Of a stretch of DNA of 64,000 nucleotides, positions 60,533 through 64,000 are shown one piece after another; the stretch's first letter is position 1, and the number at the start of each line of letters is the position of its first letter. The DNA is from Phoronis australis (lineage: Eukaryota; Animalia; Phoronida): positions 902,086-966,085 of the forward strand of contig NMRA01000029.1 of assembly GCA_002633005.1 (NCBI GenBank), written 5' to 3'. A program made the translations under genes and the position numbers. The notes under the pieces were generated by a model, which saw nothing but the letters and a program-made list of their open reading frames with translations, had not been told where the DNA came from and ran no database searches.

Positions 60533-63332
60533 GATTAGCTAGTTGCTAACACAGGAACTGATGGTAATTAACTTTCAACTTTGGTCAACAGAGTACTGCT
60601 TTAAACATGTGTTGCATCCACATTTCAACAAACCTTTAAGGTACTGATGTTTGGTTTAATGTAATGACATATTGTCCACATAGCTCCATTCATTCTAGTG
60701 CCTAGCAAGCCTTAGTTTAGGTAAATATCATAGAAGACATCAAGAAGAAATGTCATTTTTAAAACAGCTACAATAAGCACACTTCCAAGTTGTTTTATGC
60801 CAATCCTCTCCACAGTTGCTCACACCTCCAAGAAATTCTCAACACATTCCTTGACACCCTTCCATGCAATAGGGACGGAAATGGCGACATATGCCACACT
60901 GGGGTAGTCTGGAAGATTCTGCCACCTTCTCAATGGGAAATTTCATTGGGTCAAAAGTTGCAACTGGAAAACTTACCAGTTAAACTTCATTTTAAGCCGT
61001 GTCCACACTACAAATTACGCTAGAACAACTTGTCCTAGAACAATTTGTCCTAATACAAACACAACACCTTGTGACAAAATAAAACGGCACAAAAATTATT
61101 GAACAGCCTTATGTGAGAAACTGAGCGAGCCAAACATTTGTAATTACTTCTAGGCCTGCCTTGTCTGTATGGTTTGTATCAACACTACAACTTGGGCTGG
61201 AGCAAGTTACCCAAGAGCAAAGTACTGAGTACTTGGCCTTGGTGGGCTAAATTGTCACACACCTGTCAAGTTCCCCAATTTAGTGACATCTTCTTTCAGG
61301 CTACGATGAACTTGTTGAAGGATAACTCATACCCAGGACAGAACTTAAGCTACTACGTGTTCAATATCCCAATCGCACAGTTAACAGATACAGTGGCACA
61401 ATGAGCTATAGATTTTCAAAACTAGTTTTGTTAAAATTGACAGTTTTAATTGCGTTAGTTCAAATGAACAAGCTACCAACTGTTTTACGCCAAATTGGAA
61501 TACAGTTGCTTAATGTCTGACGTAATGACAACTTTCTGATAAGCCAGTCACGCTGCTAGACACATGTAAAGTGATATAATATCTCCTTCACTCCAACAAA
61601 CAACATGTGTTCACGTGCATCCTGTACAAACACTAACCCTGGCTTTCCACCAATTATAAGGTTAATAATGTTGGCCCCTGGTAAGCACCAAGTTTACCAA
61701 ACAGAAGTTGTGCTGGTGGTGTGTACAACCAATAGCTTGAGCCATGTGGAAAAGCTATTCACTCATGGACACCCTAATGAAATCACCCAGCCATGTTTTC
61801 TGGGGGATTTTAAGGCAATGTCGGACCTTAGAAAAATGTCCAAATTTGGGCAGAAAGCGGATTCATTCTCCAAAATGCTGTTAAGAATGGTTTTTTACAT
61901 GACTTGTTCTACTTTTGTATGATGGGCTACCACAAATTATACTTTTACAATTTCCATAAAAATGCAAAAACAAAAAGGATAATTAAGAAAATTGAAACAG
62001 TGTTTTCAAGATTTCAAAATTTGGTCATGTTGCTCATACCGTGGTTTTTCCATTAATGTACCTTCGTTTTTTGATAAATTTTACTAAAAAGACACCGTCA
62101 CCTGTCGCAGTTACAATGGTAGATCGATCAAATGTAAAAAAATCTAAAGAATTTCTACTTTTACAGAGTTAAAAAATCTATAGTTCAATATATGTATTGC
62201 TAGCTACACATTCACAACCTTAGAGCATCATGGGATTTACCCGCATTTTGTTGGAAAAGTTCAAGACGTACAAAAGACAAAAATGATCAAAATCATGACT
62301 TTAAAATTTTCAAAGCCACAGGCTCAATTTTAACCAGTCGCACCTTTTCGTTAAAGACACATACGACGCCCTCTTTAAAAACTGTTTCATTCGCGTTTTG
62401 GGGTGTAACCTTTTTTGCAAGTTTTTAATATGGCAAGTTTGTGTCTCTAGTTTTGCGCGACACAGACTGTGAACCAACAGGAGATCACAGATTACTTATA
62501 GGAATTGATCAGACACCTTTAAACTTGACTTATTGCAGTTTGAGATAACTCACTTATACCTAACTGTTACCCAAGCATGTGGCTTTATATTTAAAGGTGT
62601 TTTCGGTTTCTCAAAACTCCATTAAAACACAAAACACTGCTACAACCAACAGGAATTACAAGGCAATATCTAAGAGAACCACAACAATATCTTGACTGAC
62701 AATTTCCAGTAAAGTTAAAATTTCACAGGAACACAGAATTATTGATTCACCCAATTATTTGCGGATTATAACAGGCCAGGTCTTAATTTGATCAGTCTAC
62801 TAATACCTCACCATGGTTATGACACATCTTAATTACACATTACTAGTCCACAATTAATCAACTCGAGAACAAATTAGTCTAGTGACCTTAAACAGCGAGA
62901 TGGAAGTCATGTGTTGAGAGTCAGTGGTCAAAACTGGAAACTCCTCGACTTGATAAGCTAATATCACATGCATTGGAAACAGGCATTACGTCACCATAGC
63001 GAGACTGCTGAGAATGAAGAATCGACTAGAGTTCAGAGAGGAGAAAAATTATCCAAAGCCCCCAGCAGAATATCCACACCATTTGCAGACACTAGAATCC
63101 ACATACATTAACCAGCCACTTTCTAGTGAAGGCGATTAAACATAGAAGATTTTGTCTCTGTAACTGGAACATTTCATTGAAAGATGAGACAATCTGTGAC
63201 CTAGATAAACTACCCACACACTTTGCAGGACTGCATTTTTAAACATCTGCTGAATGGTTTTGAGTTGATGCCAAACCTACATTCACACTATTTACCACCA
63301 ATGTAGTTTACACATCACTGAGCATGTTACAT

Positions 63333-63865
63333 CATAGACAGTCACCACCGTCTCGACCAGCCTTCGAAGCTCCCATAGGCACTTCACATACCGAAAGCTT
63401 TTTGGCGAATTGTGCCTCGTACTGATTAAAACATCAAAGTCATGTTGTTATTACGGTAGTGCCTTTTGTACATAGAGAAACACCTTAGGAGGCCGTCGAT
63501 GTCTTTACTTCCTTTACAACTCGAAAAAATACTCCTGTAATCAAACTTCTTCTTTGAACAGACCTTCGTTCAGTCGCCCCAATTGGCAAATGGCCATTTT
63601 TACAATGCGCACGCTCCTATTTTTACCGAGCATGGGGCAGTATTAAAAATGGCCAGTTGCCGATTTGGGCAACTGAACGAAGGACTGTTCCAAGAAAAAG
63701 CTTGATTACAGTAGCATTTGTTTGGAAGAACATCGACAGCCTCCTAAGGTGTCCCTCTGTGTGCAAAAGGCACTTATAACACGTGGCTGATGTTTTAATC
63801 GGGTAAAAAGTGCTTATAGGAGCTTCATCGTCTAAAAAACCAGTGGAGACAGTGGTCACTGTCTA
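63333..63865. mobile_element. ~530-bp foldback/palindromic MITE with ~250-bp imperfect arms
   Basis: Paired segments: tagacagtcaccaccgtctc / gagacagtggtcactgtcta; acaccttaggaggccgtcgatgt / acatcgacagcctcctaaggtgt; gaacagaccttcgttcagtcgccc / gggcaactgaacgaaggactgttc. Confidence 0.8.
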
Positions 63866-64000
63866 CTACCTCACTGTGTGTAGGTAGCAATGAAGTGAAG
63901 GGATTATCGCTTGAGGCAGACATGCTCAGTTAGTACCTTCCATCTCTGCAGGCACTGGTTGACCAAGAGAATAAAGACCTTTGTCATTAGCAATTTATTT

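Noticed and set aside
62806-62817. ACCATG|gtgagg as an alternative first exon of an N-terminally truncated ELKS isoform
   Set aside because: In frame with exon 52073, but such a short match is expected by chance in a 12-kb intron and there is no promoter evidence.

Overview
AT-rich, intron-containing DNA from an animal, most likely a marine invertebrate bilaterian; the species cannot be determined from the sequence. Three protein-coding genes are supported. (1) An intronless FoxQ2-class forkhead gene on + (ORF 6251-7780, likely ATG 6509). (2) A 6-exon, ~369-aa divergent VAP-like gene on - (MSP domain, coiled coil, TM helix; 13688-17921) with an unusual N-terminal extension and a luminal tail. 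(3) The 3' 18 exons of an ELKS/ERC/CAST active-zone gene on - (31229-52073); its 5' exons lie beyond 64000. All exon boundaries were read by hand and give continuous frames with GT-AG sites. The most interesting signal is the ELKS C-terminal splice switch. A 42/45-nt stop-containing cassette exon sits where vertebrates place the neuronal GIWA exon but reads QGM*. It is flanked by five TGCATG (Rbfox) motifs and a phased CCAAT array. The long isoform instead ends in an IWA-like LWM that belongs to a tandem repeat running into the 3' UTR. A candidate 9-nt microexon is also present. The rest of the window is MITEs and foldbacks, SINE/LINE remnants, satellites and three N-flanked duplications that look like assembly artefacts. 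No CRISPR, rRNA or bona fide tRNA was found.
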